The position numbers were made by a program, and so were the translations under genes. DNA of 64,000 bases from NCBI GenBank assembly GCA_038496445.1, contig JALMLS010000070.1, positions 1 to 64,000 of the forward strand, given 5' to 3'. The DNA is from Trichosphaerium sp. ATCC 40318. Taxonomy: Eukaryota; Protista; Tubulinea. Below are positions 12,971 through 26,900 of this stretch, piece by piece. Positions within the stretch are counted from its first letter, which is position 1. Every line of letters starts with the position of its first letter. Under the pieces are notes generated by a model. That model was not told the origin of the DNA. It worked only from the letters and a program-made list of their open reading frames with translations, and did not search any database.

Positions 12971-15900
12971 CTATTTATTTGAACAATATTGCTCAAACTT
13001 GCTGAACGTTATAAGGATCGGACTAAAGGGAGTTATGTACTTCCCAAAGTAACTAAAATATGTAAAAAGAATTGAAGAAAGGTACTATGCTCTTAACCAA
13101 GCCAACAAGTCTTGTTTGTTACTTCAAAAAATTGGTAAATGGTGTCCAACGTTCAGTGTCTAACATCTTTGTATACTCTTGTGCTTTCTTGAGTAATGGT
13201 TGCCTTATTGGTGCCTTTGGTATATTTTCAGGTGCCACTTGGTATGTTTTTTGTCCTGTTATCCGTGTGATGATTGCTTCAAGTTCTTTGACAGTAAAAT
13301 TATTAGCAAAGTCCATCTAAAGTATTTGTGAGTCAATATAAGCAGTGCACAATGACAACTTTACCATTTCGATGAGAGCACAATTCTTTTCAATCTGATT
13401 CAATGCCGCAGAACTGACATTTGTATATCGTAGGCTCAGAAATGATAAACAAGGGAATGGAAAGTCATCAAAAGGTCCTTCAAATGATCTATCATCAATG
13501 TATGTATTCCCAATTAATATGGTCTTGAGGTTATGCATTGGTTTACTGCCCCATGTGATGACTTCAACCTTTGAATTATGCAAAGATAGAAAACATAACT
13601 GAGGAGTCTTTAAGTCAACACATATTGCGTGAACACTTAAAAGTTCTACAAGTTGTGGTAAGTACCAAGAAATATTGTAGTTTTAACAAATATGTACTTA
13701 ATGTTTTGAGACTTTTACTGGAAATGCACAATTCCGATCCACAATCAACATGTTCAATTGTGAGTGTTTCAAGCTTCAGCAGCTTTTTGATTGCTCGGCA
13801 GTTGAAGAGTGAAATATTCTTGACCTCAAAGTGTGATATTTCTCGTTCTCTGTGAAAAGCCAGGAAATACAGATTCTTCAATATACAGTTCTCTCTAAAT
13901 AAGCCTCCATTAGATGTATACAAGGAGTTTAATATACCAGTAAAGGGCAATCTATGAAACTTGTGTATGGGCTGTCTTTTTGGCGATGGGCAATATAATA
14001 AGAGTCGTCTTTTTTCTGTTTATCAATGTACTCAAGTTTATCATGTGATATCCTCCAAGAATACTTCTTACCTTCAAATGGACTACTGCCAAACGTGAGG
14101 TACTTTACTGCTGGTAATTTGTTGATATTACAAACGCCCTTTCCACGTTGTACTGAAATAGCTTCTAATGACAATAAAGATGGAACACTGATGGGTTCGT
14201 CATCGTGAAGTAATGAATACAAGTGTAGAAGTTTGAGTGATGGTGTAAGCAATTCTGTGGGATCTATCGGAGAGCGTCTGTCACCACGTTTAACGTTCAT
14301 AGCTTCCCGAGGTGTAAATGAACCTATTTCTAGGTCTGGATAATGCGCTTCTAAATTGTGCTCTAGACATACTTGCTTAAGGTGTGGTGTGTTAAGCTTT
14401 TTCTACACCCAAGTTATTAATATAGGTTTTGAAGTAGCGTACAAGCTCTGGACAGTGGCCGCAATCAAAAATCTCAAGTGTATCCGATTCAATACACTCT
14501 GGCAATGGGCTTTCCCTTACTTGCAGTATTTTAAGTTGGCTAATGATGTCAGGGAATGCCTATTAACAAATGGCATTAGAAGTTTGCGATCAATGCTCTG
14601 GCATTAAGCCTTAAATGTAACACGGCGAGCGCAAATCACGGACCTGTATCAAGGTATCACTGTGTATATTGTGAAGTGATAGTACAGTCAGATTAGGTAC
14701 TGTAAATTGCGACATTGTGACTTTATTGGAAGCAGAAATCTTCAACGCTCTAAATATTCTTGAGATAATAGAGAAGTGAACCCAAGGATACTTACGTTAC
14801 TTGTGGTAGTATCACTTTATAGCCAGATCTGTATCTGTTATTCAAGCAAAATTGAAGTGTCTTTAGTTTTGACATTTTTTGGCATGAAGCAAGCATTGAC
14901 TTTTGCTGGGCTGGCATATCTCTGGTGATTATTTCCAAGCACACCAACCTTTGTTTGGTGAGTCAATCATTAGAATGGAACAGCACGTACTCATGTAGTA
15001 ATGTGCCGAACATATCCCAATTTGTATTGTTGATTGTACACACCAAGCACTTCAAACGTTGAAGTTGCCTGTTGCTACATTTAAGAAGCTGTTCATTCAA
15101 GGAAAAACGTCCAAAAGCCTGAAGGTATATTATCGGGCACTTGGCCATTATCTCATCAAACCAACCCCATGTATTCTTCCAAATAGTAAGTAGGATCACG
15201 TTTAAATTATTATCAGTACATGTTTAAGTGATAACTCTTTGATTGTCTACACTCGTTCATTAGATATTAATAAGATGTAACTGAATATATCACGATGGTT
15301 TTATGACTGCAACTGATAATGTAATAAACAAACGTACAAGAGATTGAAGGTTTTTAAACTCGCCTGCCAGCTCTTTCAAATTCTCCAAGTCACTTTCGTG
15401 AGTATTAATCAAGCAAGTAATAGATTGCTTGTTTGTAACTGATTCAATAGGGCACTTCTCTATATTGTAATCAATGAGGTACTTGAAAGGGGTAACAAAC
15501 CATACTTGAAATTGTGACACTTCTAAAGAGATATCTCCGGCATATATCAAGCCAATATTGACATGTTAGTTTACATGCCTTGTGATCATAAATCGTTAGA
15601 AAGCTTAATATCTGTACAATCACTTCTAATGGTACTTTGTCATGTACCTGTAGAAGACAAGTTAGAATGACTCATCAGAAAATAATGAACATAAACAGGA
15701 TGTGTTTGGTAAAACACTTTGCCTTCTCTTGATAGAAGGTAGCGCAGGTTCATGTAATAAAGATTCTTCGCCTTCGTCTGTACATGCTGAAATCAGGTGT
15801 TTTTTTCCTGGAAGAGGTCTTTTATTATGGCTATTATCTGTTGTTGAAGATGTCTTGGACGAGCCAATGATTTCTTCCTATTCATGAACCAGTTAACAAT

Positions 15901-16291
15901 AAAGCAGAGGAACTTGAACACAAATTTCTCGATGTCTCGAAAGCATTTCTAACAATACGCACAGGTTTTAATCTAAAGACAAGTGTTTGCTTAGAATAGA
16001 GGGTATTGCGTAGTTTGGAGATCTCAAGCAAAAGAGATTCCTGTAAACCTTCTCGAACTTCAGCAAAGCGCCATGATACGCGGTTTTATAGCGTACCAGA
16101 GCTGATGGACATTGTTTTACTTGTTTTGGCAACTGTTAACGCCATCAGCTGTTTTCCGTTTAATTCCAGTCTCCTTATCGCTTTTTAGTTCCTTCTAAAT
16201 AATAAACGTACTTTGCGTCATTTGAGATTTCTCCAAGACCCACGCTTTCTAGCCATGCGCATACCTCGTCAACAGTCCAATACCTGTCCAT
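12971..16291 (-). CDS. SAM + F-box + LRR-like multi-exon protein
   Basis: MDRYWTVDEVCAWLESVGLG...LNGKQLMAL (SAM). KVPLEVIVQILSFLTIYDHKACKLTCQYW (F-box, ~15650-15560). LxxLxL repeats downstream. Several internal junctions not fully resolved. Confidence 0.7.
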
Positions 16292-16516
16292 GGATGTCTA
16301 CAAAATACTCTTAAGCCCAACGTACTTATTCTGTGCACCACAACTTAATAAGGAAGGTGGAGCATATCGTGCCGAAAGGCACTGTATCATGTTTGACAAT
16401 AAACAAAACAAGGTTTTTATCGTTATTCGATGGTATATACCCTTTTTGAACCAGAAATTGTGAAACATCGTACTTTGGAGAAAGCAAACGGGTTAAAGAA
16501 AGTGGCTAGAGGTAAG

Positions 16517-16578
16517 CTACAAGAACAATAATGAGTGAAAGATTTTCTACAAGAACAATAATGAGTGAAAGATTTTCT
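16517..16578. repeat. Perfect 30-bp tandem duplication, intergenic
   Basis: ctacaagaacaataatgagtgaaagatttt occurs twice in tandem. Confidence 0.95.
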
Positions 16579-18656
16579 TTTTACTTTCATGATATAATGG
16601 CAAAGGTAGAAACGCACGTTGTGCCAAAGTTGACTTGAAGGGTGCTAACTCAAGCATACAACGTGTTGTTTTTCTGTTGTGTTGGGTGGTTTTTATGGGT
16701 TTAACCCAATAGGGTTGTAAGTACCCCAAATGAAGATAATGTACCTGCTATTCGTTGTTATTGGCATCAATGCCTGAAAGGTATAACCAATGACAGTATT
16801 ATATTAAGAGTGATTTGCTCATGTGTTGCTTGAGTTGTTGAGAAAATTTGGGTGATGTGGCAAAGCAAACAATATGTTTAGTTTTCATCTTGTAGATTTT
16901 CTACGTAGCAAAAATGCGCCTCACGCGAGAACGTAAAAACTCACGCAAATACATTATTACCCTAATGTCAACATATATGAACTGATGTTCAAGTCCGACA
17001 AAAAGTTCATGTTTTCTTTCGCTAAAATCGATTAAACATGCGACATGTTGAGAATAAATTTGATAAAATACACTAATCTGTGAATTGTAACAATTAATGT
17101 TGACAAAAATCCTTTGCCGGGTATATCCAGAGCAATTCCATTTATAGAAGCATATTACACGGTGCTAGACAAGGGAAAAACGATTTCTTGAAATTATATG
17201 GAAGTTTGTTCCTCGCCCTCTGTTTACATAAAATCTAACGTTTGGAATCCAACATTGACCATTTCATGCGTGATTTTATAGTAGGAATGCAAAAATCAGT
17301 TCGGTTATATTCAGAAACTTGCAGGCAAGTTCCACATTAGATTAGGTCTTTTCTTGATTATTCATGAATTTCAGGTGCGTAAAATACAACTCCTTTTAGG
17401 AGTTGTAATATTAATCCTGTTAGAGTGCCACAAACAATTATTGGAGTTTGAACTAAATGACTGGTTTTACCGACACTGGCTTTTACATACAAGAGGTTTT
17501 TTTATTTTTATCTGTAAGTACCAATAGCCGATAAGCTATGGCCGGTCCGAAAAGACCAATGAATTTCAAGCACCTTGAAAAAACGTTGCCATCTGGTAAA
17601 TAATATTACAGAGTTCTGCAGGCGTTATAGGGATACACTCTCAGTCAAAATAGGGGACTGTGCGTTGATTATTTGGAAGCCGCCCTATCCCAGTTATATT
17701 TATTTCTACGATCAGGTAGCTTACAAAGTACTACCTTTGAGAAAAATTAGATCACTTGCTCAGTAGCGAAATAATTAATTGATTTTAATGACACTACGTC
17801 TCCAGGGACAACCAACAATCTTTAAAACAATATTTACAAGGACAGCCTAATGCAAAGTATTGTCTTAATGGTGGTACGCTGGCATTGATAAGAATTCTAT
17901 ATGCCAGAAGTATAGAAAAGAGTCATGGTGATTACTATACAAGCCGCTTTGGAAGGGACTGAATTCAAGGCAGGAAAAAAATACAGTTACATCCAGAAAG
18001 TAACACATAGATTTGTGCTTACTTTTAGCGTTCTACAGCCCCCAATAGTACTTTGCAAAGGAAAGAAAAAAATTAGCTAAAATGACTGCAACGCAATAAA
18101 ATTTGTAAAATACATGTGAACTTATTTAATGCCGAACAAAAAAAATTATATGCAGGCGCGCTAGTGATAATTGTTACACTAATATTAGTGTCTTTTTTTT
18201 TGAACTCCCTGAAGGAACTTTTTGGCAAAATGACACGAAAAACCACGTGAATCATCTGTTACCGTTCTCAGTTTCACATAATTTTTCTATATTGTCTCCC
18301 TTGCCCTTGATTACTTGAAATGTCAATAGATAGCGGGGTCGGATGAGTTGGGTACCCACTGGGATTTGGTTTATTTTGCCTTATTCCAACAACATATTGT
18401 TTTTTGCTATCAAAACATGTTATGCGTCAAAGTTTGAACTAACTCTTTGTTAAAAGCCATTCATTGATTGTGAATCTTATCTCAGATTGCTTCTTGTCCG
18501 GTATTAACATCATGAGTTCTGGATAGAGAGGTTTGAGATTTGTTCAGGCTTCATTTGAAGGGTAGTTTCTCATGAAACCATCTTAAAAGACGAAAATTGG
18601 CAAGTTTTTGTTGCCACATCACTTATTTTCTCGAAAAACAACTCAAGCAACAACAC

Positions 18657-21600
18657 ATGAGAAAATCGCTTCTAATTATAATACTACTGGTTTTGTACCT
18701 TTCAGATGTTGATGCCAATAACAACGAAGAGCAGGTACATTATCTTCATTTTGGGTTAAACCCGATGATACTTATCTACAACAAAGGAAAAACCACGGGT
18801 TGTCTGGTGCACAACTTATGACTGCGTAGAGGTAACACCCTCGGAAACCAAAAGAAACGTGGAACAGATCCAGATTGTACGTCTTTTGATTGTTTAAAGT
18901 AAGGTTACCCTGCATTCACCTCTGATATCGTCATCAACTTTTTTATAATTTCTGTGTAGGTTTCAACTTCAAGTGTCTCGTGGGAGATAGATTACCTTGA
19001 TGTCGGTACAGGATTCAACGACCCTACAGATGGCGCTACAAGACGTCAAGTTCTTGAATCGGTATTGTTGGATGTTGGCAACACGTTTGCCTTACCAACC
19101 GGAGTTCCATCAGGTACGTGGTTTGAAAAGCAGTCAGCAGAACCATTACCCTTTTGTTGTAAAAGTGTCATTCGTTAACATTTGATTATAGTGCAGATCC
19201 ACATTGAAGTACAGCAGTCATTAAACACGGTAGCACCTCTACTTGCGAAAGCAGGACCGTTGTTTACTCTAGCTGCTGGATTTCAAACGCCTTATCCAAT
19301 ACAAGCTTATTTGACTGGAACAAACCCCACTTTTGGTACTTACCCCCACATCCGTGTTCAAGTTAACTTTGGAGGACTACGTGCGTTTCTGCCTTTTTTA
19401 CGAATTTTTCGTCAAAAAAGTGAGCTACAACTTATGACTCACACTTTTTTTCTTATAGCTTACCATTACGGTGCTGGTACTCCTCCTATCAACCAAGTTG
19501 ATTTCTACTCTGTCATGCTTCATGAACTTACGCATGGACTTGGATTTGTAAGTAACATTGGTCCTCTCGGAGGAGGTATTAGGCCTAACACTGTGGTATG
19601 TTCTTTTCAAGCAACAAGTTTTTCTTCTTTTCTAACTTGTTTGTTTTAGCTTTATCGAACTTCCTTTGATAGACACCTCAAAGTCGCTTCTACAAACACT
19701 CCACTATTAGACGCCACTGGAGCATTCACGGTAGCACCCGGAGCTCCAACGTACATAAAACTCTTACCTACAAAGTCACCTCAACACTAATTTCAACGTT
19801 CTATGTAGTGGAGGTTTGGGTCAAATTGTGTTCGATTCTGTGGATACTACTGACTGCCCAAGAGTCGGAGAGACACTTCCTGTCATCTTTACACCATCTG
19901 TTTATGTGTTTGGTACAAGCATCGCACATTTAGATACAGTGGTTCATCCTGATGCTGTTATGCGTCCTAGTATATCATCACAACAACTCAGACGATCATG
20001 GACTGTTGAAGAAATATCTATCTTGTACAGTACGTTTCTGATTTCTGTTGTAATCTTTCTTACGCTATGTGTGTAGCTTTGGGATGGAGATTCAGTACCA
20101 ATCAAACATGTAGTCAACTGTTCGGTAGTTTAACACCAACTACTCAAGCACCAACAGGTCCACCAACGACTCTATCACCAACACCGCCATATGAGCCAGT
20201 ACAACAATGCTTAAGTATGTTTGGACTATTTCCTACAGGTACGAACTTTGTCACGTTTTGTTACTGATTTTGGCACGTGCCAAAATATTTGGCGTTTTAT
20301 AGTCTACTTCGCTCTCTTATTTCTTTCTAGGTGTTGATGATGCTTTTAATGCCATTACTGCAACGCAAGTCGGTTTCTTTGGTCCTCCAACCTCTCCTCC
20401 TGAAACACATTGGCAAGTATGTGGGAGTAATCAAACAAATTTTGGCAATTGTTGGGGAGATCCAAGATCTAATACACCGAACCCTTGTTGCTTGGCATAC
20501 ACTGCTGTTCCGCAACAAAACTGGGCTCAACAAACAAATGTGAACTTCTTAATGCCACCTGTACGTATTCCAAGTGCCAATTCTACAATCAATTCTAAAA
20601 AAAGAAAGGGAGCTTGGATCAGAGGATACGGTCGCCCACTAGAGTCAACAATTGAGTATGCCACTGACTTTGAAATTCCCGAAGGTACATATTTTGTAAA
20701 ACGTTTTGATATATGCGTTAAACAATCGTACTTAGAATGCGTGAATCCAGTATTAAAAGGACGCTGTTGGGTTGATAATTTCATGAACGACACTCTTATT
20801 AATGGACAACGTTTTAATATGCCTTGTGTTGCTTTCAGCGAGAGAGATATTGCGAATATACCAGTATTTCAGCTTACAAGAGCCAATGGACTTGTTACGG
20901 GACCTAACCACCTTAGTGTTATTACAGAAAATGCTGGCAGTGTGTACGGATTGCAAGTAGTTTGGGAAGGATGCTCGTGTGCTCCTGTACCACCTACATT
21001 TGCACCTACAGTTCCTACAACGCCTACAACAACACCGCCTACAACGATGGCACCAACACCTGAACCATGTTTTGTAGCGACTCTTGGTACTGGAACATCT
21101 ACTGATTGTGATGTAAATGTTGCCTTCAGTGATGCCAGCTTTATTGCAACACAACAATGTAACCAGTACGTCTTATTTGTTCACTTAGATAATACAAAGC
21201 TTATTTATTTGTTTAGAACATGTAGTGGTATGGGACTTGCTGTTCATGAGGTTGGCGAATGTCAGATTATTGATAGAATAGCTTTGGATCTAAATTGCTG
21301 TCAAAAAAATGAGTTCTTTGAAGTGACAGTCAAATGTGCTTGCTGTTGTGATTGTAGTACGTTGGCCGTAGCATAATAATATTTTATTGTTAACAAATCA
21401 CTAGCTGGTGTTGTACCAACAGCTTCACCTACAACACCACCACCCACAGAACCTCCAACAACCGCTTCTCCAACCACAGAGGCTCCAACAAACGCACCTA
21501 CACTTGAGCCTACAATATCACCTACAGCTCCACCAACTGCACCTCACGTACTTGATAGTGTATTCATATGTTTTCGCTTACATGTTTTAATAGAGCGGTG

Positions 21601-21964
21601 GATGTTGCTACTACGATCCAATAACTGACGTTTGTGTTGACAATGGTTGTGTTGCAAATAGTGATCGAGTCGGTTCGGACTTGGAATGCAGGAGATATGA
21701 CTACTTTCCTCCAACAATTGGAGGTAAACAAGCCACTTTAGTAGTATTGAAAATCAGTTTACTAATCTTTTTAAAATAGCGGTAAGAGTAACAGAATGCT
21801 CATGTACTTCTCCTGATCTTGATGGCCTTTGTACTGTACAATCTACCCTCAGAGGGAATGTTTGCATTGACAATGGATGTACGGATCGATTACAGACTGT
21901 AGGACCTAATAATTACATTGGATGTACCTTATTTGGCAATGAATGTCAATGTTCAGTCTGCTAA
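18657..21964 (+). CDS. Secreted multidomain zinc metallopeptidase-like protein with Pro/Thr linkers, a jelly-roll-like domain and Cys-rich C-terminal modules
   Basis: Signal MRKSLLIIILLVLYLSDVDA. DFYSVMLHELTHGLGF (HExxH). GTSIAHLD...DAVMRP. PTT-rich linkers. WVDN...LING...GPNHLSVITEN..GLQV. Ends ECQCSVC* at 21964. Confidence 0.8.
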
Positions 21965-23927
21965 AACAACCGTGACATTATTGAATTTAACCCTTCCTGT
22001 ACCGTAATAAAGAATTAGCTATTCGATCGTGTTCGAAACATTTTGCACTTACCTAAATAATAGTCATTTGCTTAGCATCACATTACACTGGTTATAATAG
22101 GCGCTTTAATCAAGGCCTTGCTTGCCCACAAGGAAATATGTTGGATGTTGAGGATGCGTTTGCAAAAGTAGAAAACGACGATAGGGAACAGGTGAAGCGA
22201 ACTGGTTTTTTCCTTTTAAAGATATTTTAAGGTGTCGTTTCAGTTGTACGTGGTTGTTGACACCTTCAGCTGAAATTCAATGGTTACCTTAAAACTACCT
22301 AGTAGTAGCTTACAATTAGTTTGGGAGTGCGATCAGCACCGAATACGAGCCGTATAAACATAATACAGGCTATTACAACAAGTTTTATGCAAAAACCGAT
22401 GAAAACGCCTCATAGCACTACTCAATGTTACCACATGGGTTTTTTCGCGTTTTGGTAATGTTACGTTTTAGAAAGAGTGTAGTGGTAATTACCTTACTTT
22501 CCTTATAACCGAAGTAGACAACAGCAACGATAGTATAAATCAGAATACATCTGTAATGAAGACATTGTCCGTTACTCGTATTCGGCAACAATTGAGCGAT
22601 TCATTTGTAGATAGAAGTCACGCACCGTCACCAATTGCAAGCCTTCATGTTTTTATTCGTTTGGTGTTCTAGATTACTACTTTTTAATTTGTTCAAGGCA
22701 ACCTGAGTGTATTTATTGTGGATGATAGATGCTGGAGTTGAATCTCGAATCTTGGTGCAATGTGCCAGATTGTGTAATCTCAACTTTAACAAACTATAAC
22801 AATACCTAACCCAGCATCGGCTTCTGAATAATCTGGTGAAGGACTATGAACTTGGTTACTGGGTTGTTCAACGTACTTTTTGTTTTAACATATGTTTAAG
22901 CCCGTATGTTAGCTCATTTGGTGCATGTCCATAAATTATTCAAAAAAAGGAAGGATGCCAATATAATACACCTGTGTTACGGGTGTGTCCTTCACGTCGA
23001 GCCATGTATTTTTACATATGCGACAATGGTGCTGCAATTGGGATTACGAGTTTCTTAGACCAATTTTAAGTACCCTAACAAGGTAACAGCACTACATGAC
23101 CCCGCCCCGAGGTCAAATCGGGACTGCCTGCTACAGTCGTAATTGTAGTACGAAAGACAGCTTTTAGTGTGGCGGTGACCAAACCGCTGAATGGTAGAAG
23201 AACAATCGGTCTTCCTTTTATACTCGTACAAACATTCAAAAAATAAATTGTGGGATACTCTTCACTGAAATATCCAGTTTAAATACTCGAATATGGATAA
23301 TGCACATTTCAAAACGCTCACAAAGGCTTATGCTAGCTATTTACACGCATGAAAACTTGTATCAGCGTAAGTTTCGGTTTGAAAAACGTGATGTAAAGCG
23401 ATTATTTCTTTTTTTGTAAGTTCGTGAATTCAAGTGTAATTCTCGTCTAGTCTTGGTTTCAAACGCTCGAGATGGTTTTACGTGTTCGTTTAAAAACCCC
23501 TGGCTACAGAACGCAACGAAACAGCGTTCAAAAAAAAGAAAATAAAAAGAGACAGTTTGTTACAACGACTTGCACTTTATTGTTTTTTTTTTCCAGTACG
23601 TCTAATCTAAAAATACATTTGAACTGGGAACAAGTCTTTTTTAAGGGTGGTGGGTTTGGTTTTTTTTTAAAGTGATTTGGGTATGAGGCGGTAAAGGGAC
23701 AATCATCAAAGATCAATCTTAACTGAGACCAGCCAAGATTAAAAAAAAATAGACAACGGTTCTTACATCCACCAGATTTGGGTTTTTTTGGTATGTACAG
23801 CCTAACAAAACAAAAAAATAAGCCAAAAGCAAGTCAAAAAAAAAGCAAAAACTGATTGAAAGCAACTGACGAATTCATCTGGAAATCATCTAAAAAATGA
23901 TATAACGTACATGATTTACAAGAGATA

Positions 23928-26900
23928 TTAAGCACCGAACTCTGCAGGATTGTAATCGTTCCCTAAACCGAAAATCAGAAAAAAACTTTGAATGAAAATA
24001 GGAAATTTTCTTTTTGTTTGCTTACCATTAGACAACGTCGGCAATGTTTGTAACGGGTCGTTCAATGAAGGAGAAGCAGGTGCGGTATTGTATACGTGTG
24101 TATCTTTTGCTTTGAATGTAATATCAAATGGACTTAATAAATCGTGCTGACTATTAGATAAACTCGGTGGAGGTGTAGATGTCCGATCAACATGGTTACC
24201 ATCTATCTTTTCAATCTTTGCTGATGTAAGTGTCTTGATAAGGTGTGAATCTGCATTATTATCAACGCTCCCAACTACAGGTGTATGTATAAGGTCAACT
24301 CGAGGGATATCAGCAAGAGAACCAAAAGGAGAATTCTGTGTTTGAACTCTAGGTGTTTCTTCTTCAATCAATCGTCCTGTCTTATCCATAAGGTACATAT
24401 CATTAGGAGAAGCCGCAGGTCTTTGCAAATCAATAGACATGCGTGGCTTTAATGGAGAATTAATATCAACAGGTGCACTCAAGTCTAATTGGAAGAAGAT
24501 GTTAGTCAACGAGAAAAAAATGAGAAAGAAAAAATGATAACGTACTGAAGTGATCATCTATGAGGTTACCACGTTCTGTGGTATTATTGATTTGCTTTTG
24601 ATTTCCTGTTGTTGGTCTCAATGGACTGAATGGATCACCAACACCACCAGTAGGCATATCTGAGTGACTTAGAGATAGACTTGGTGTTATAGGAGCAGTT
24701 TGTTGCCATGTTGGAATATTATTGATATCTTTCTTTGGTTCACAAAATAGCATAGAATCCGTCATGAATATTGAATTCTCCTTAGGATATGACTGTGATG
24801 TTCCACCAGGAAGAGGACTTCCATGTAATGCAATAGGAGATAAAGGACCATTATCAGAGGCAGAAGAGCTTTCTAAATCACTTGAATGTTCTGTTGCTGG
24901 ATCTTTCACAAACAAACCAACACCAAATTCGTTCTAAGAAAGAGGTTGTTAAATACAAGCTATTAATAACAAAAAAATTATTGTAGACGTACGTCAGAGC
25001 TAAGTAGATCTTGTTGAACTTGACCAGGAGGTGGTGAGATCATTTCAGGAGCTAGATACAAATCAGCAAAAAAAACTTAAAAAAAATAGTAGCTCGTACC
25101 TGAAGTTTTTGGTTTCGCTGCTGGTAGAGTATGGAACGGGTTCTCTGCAACAGGTGATGCCATGCTCGGATTATTATTACTTTTATGTTGTATTGAACTA
25201 GCTCTTGTAGGTGTCTGAACCTTAGGAGTCGATGATTTAGATACAGGATCAACTGGACCAACCAATAGATTAGGTTGTGGTGTATTAGGTGCTGGAGCCT
25301 TCTTATTGTTCTCAACGAATCCAGATAAGAACTTCTCAGCAAGAGAAGTCATATCATTTGATGTAGCTGTATTACTCTTACCAGAAGAAGGTTTTGTTGA
25401 TGAAATAGATGTACTCGTGTTGACTTTACGTAAAGTACGCTTAGCTTCAGTCTTATATAGTTCTGAGTTTGTGCCACTCTTTTTCATGTGCCTTGATCCA
25501 GTAGGCAGCGGTGTAGGTGAAGAAACAGCGCTTGAGTTCGCTGATTTGACTATACGTGTCTTTTTTGTTGTAACTCGACGAGAAGGACCAGTTTTCTGTG
25601 TTTGTTGTGTCTGTGTTTGTTGTCTTAATGTCGCAATCTGTTTCTGTTCAGCTTCTTCTAACTGTTCCATCTGTTTCATCAATTTTTTCTTTTCCTCTTG
25701 GAATTTCTTTTTGATTTTTTGTTCTTCATCAGTACTGTTGTTAGGATCTGATTGTTCTTCTTTTACATTTGTTAAGGACCTTGTCGTGTCTTTTGACTTT
25801 TCTGATAAAGGTACAGCAGTCTTACGGTCTGCTGACTGAGACCTCTTTACTTTTGTTGAGTTATCTACAACACGCACAGTGCGTGTGACTTTGCTTGCAC
25901 CGTTAAGATTTCCAGACTTTCCACGTTTCAGATTGGGCCGAGGATCTGGTTCACTTGTACGTCGTACTTCAAGGTCTGAAGTGGTATTCTTGGTTGAGCA
26001 AGCAAAGAGCTTTTTACCTAAACAGAAAATAAGAAAACGTTCCCCGTTCGCTGAAAAAGAAAAACCTTTTTTGACTTTTTTTTGCGTTGTATGTACCTGT
26101 GGCGGCTTGAATTTTATTACAAATTTCTGAAGCGATTGTTTCGCTTGCAGAAGGAGCGAGGTTAAGTGAAGTAACCATCTCAGCAGCAACACGTTCAGGT
26201 TTATCTTTTGCCAAGTCAAACCCAAATGCTACTTCATTTACCTCGCCTTCGACGAGAATACGGAACTGCAACCTTTAAAAAAAGTGAGGAGGGATAAAAA
26301 AGCTCAAACAAAAAAAAAAGAACAAAAGGTTTTATAAAAAGGGACAAGAAGAGGCCGTACATAACAGATCCTGCATCTTCATCAAATGCTGCCATTATTG
26401 ATACATCGCTTTCAGATCGCTCTCGAGTCTCTGTTTCAGGCTCTGTGAGCGTTTCCTGCGCTTTTTTCATGACTTGTGCTCTAAAAAAACAAATGTGAGA
26501 CATCTCAATCACGAAAATATTTTTTTCGGTAAATGTTATCTTACCGCTTCGCTCTTTCTTTCAAGGAGTCTCTACGAGCACTAACGTTACGCACAACACG
26601 CCGCGGCGATCCACGCACATCATCATTTTTATCCCCAGTTGACACTAATGGACTGTCAGAGAAAAGCCAAGAGAAGAAAAGACGCTATCCAACCAAATAA
26701 CGCACCCTTGGAATTATTGGACTCTGACGATTTTCGTCGTCTAGGTTTTAATTCTGGTGACGGAGAAAGAGCAGAAGATTGACTAGATGCATCGCCAGAT
26801 GGTTCTGGCGACTCAGAATCGCGACGGTGCAACTTTTCGTTAGAACGCTTTGTACGAAGCCTTCGCTTTTTTCTTTCTTTAGCCTTAAGCTGGTTGCTAT

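Noticed and set aside
13317-13364. Apparent in-frame TAG between two ORFs suggesting readthrough
   Set aside because: The TAG is the 3' end of a GT-AG intron (gtaaag...ctttag).
16517-16578. 30-bp repeats as a CRISPR array (also 7957-8102)
   Set aside because: Directly tandem with no spacers, and the context is eukaryotic.
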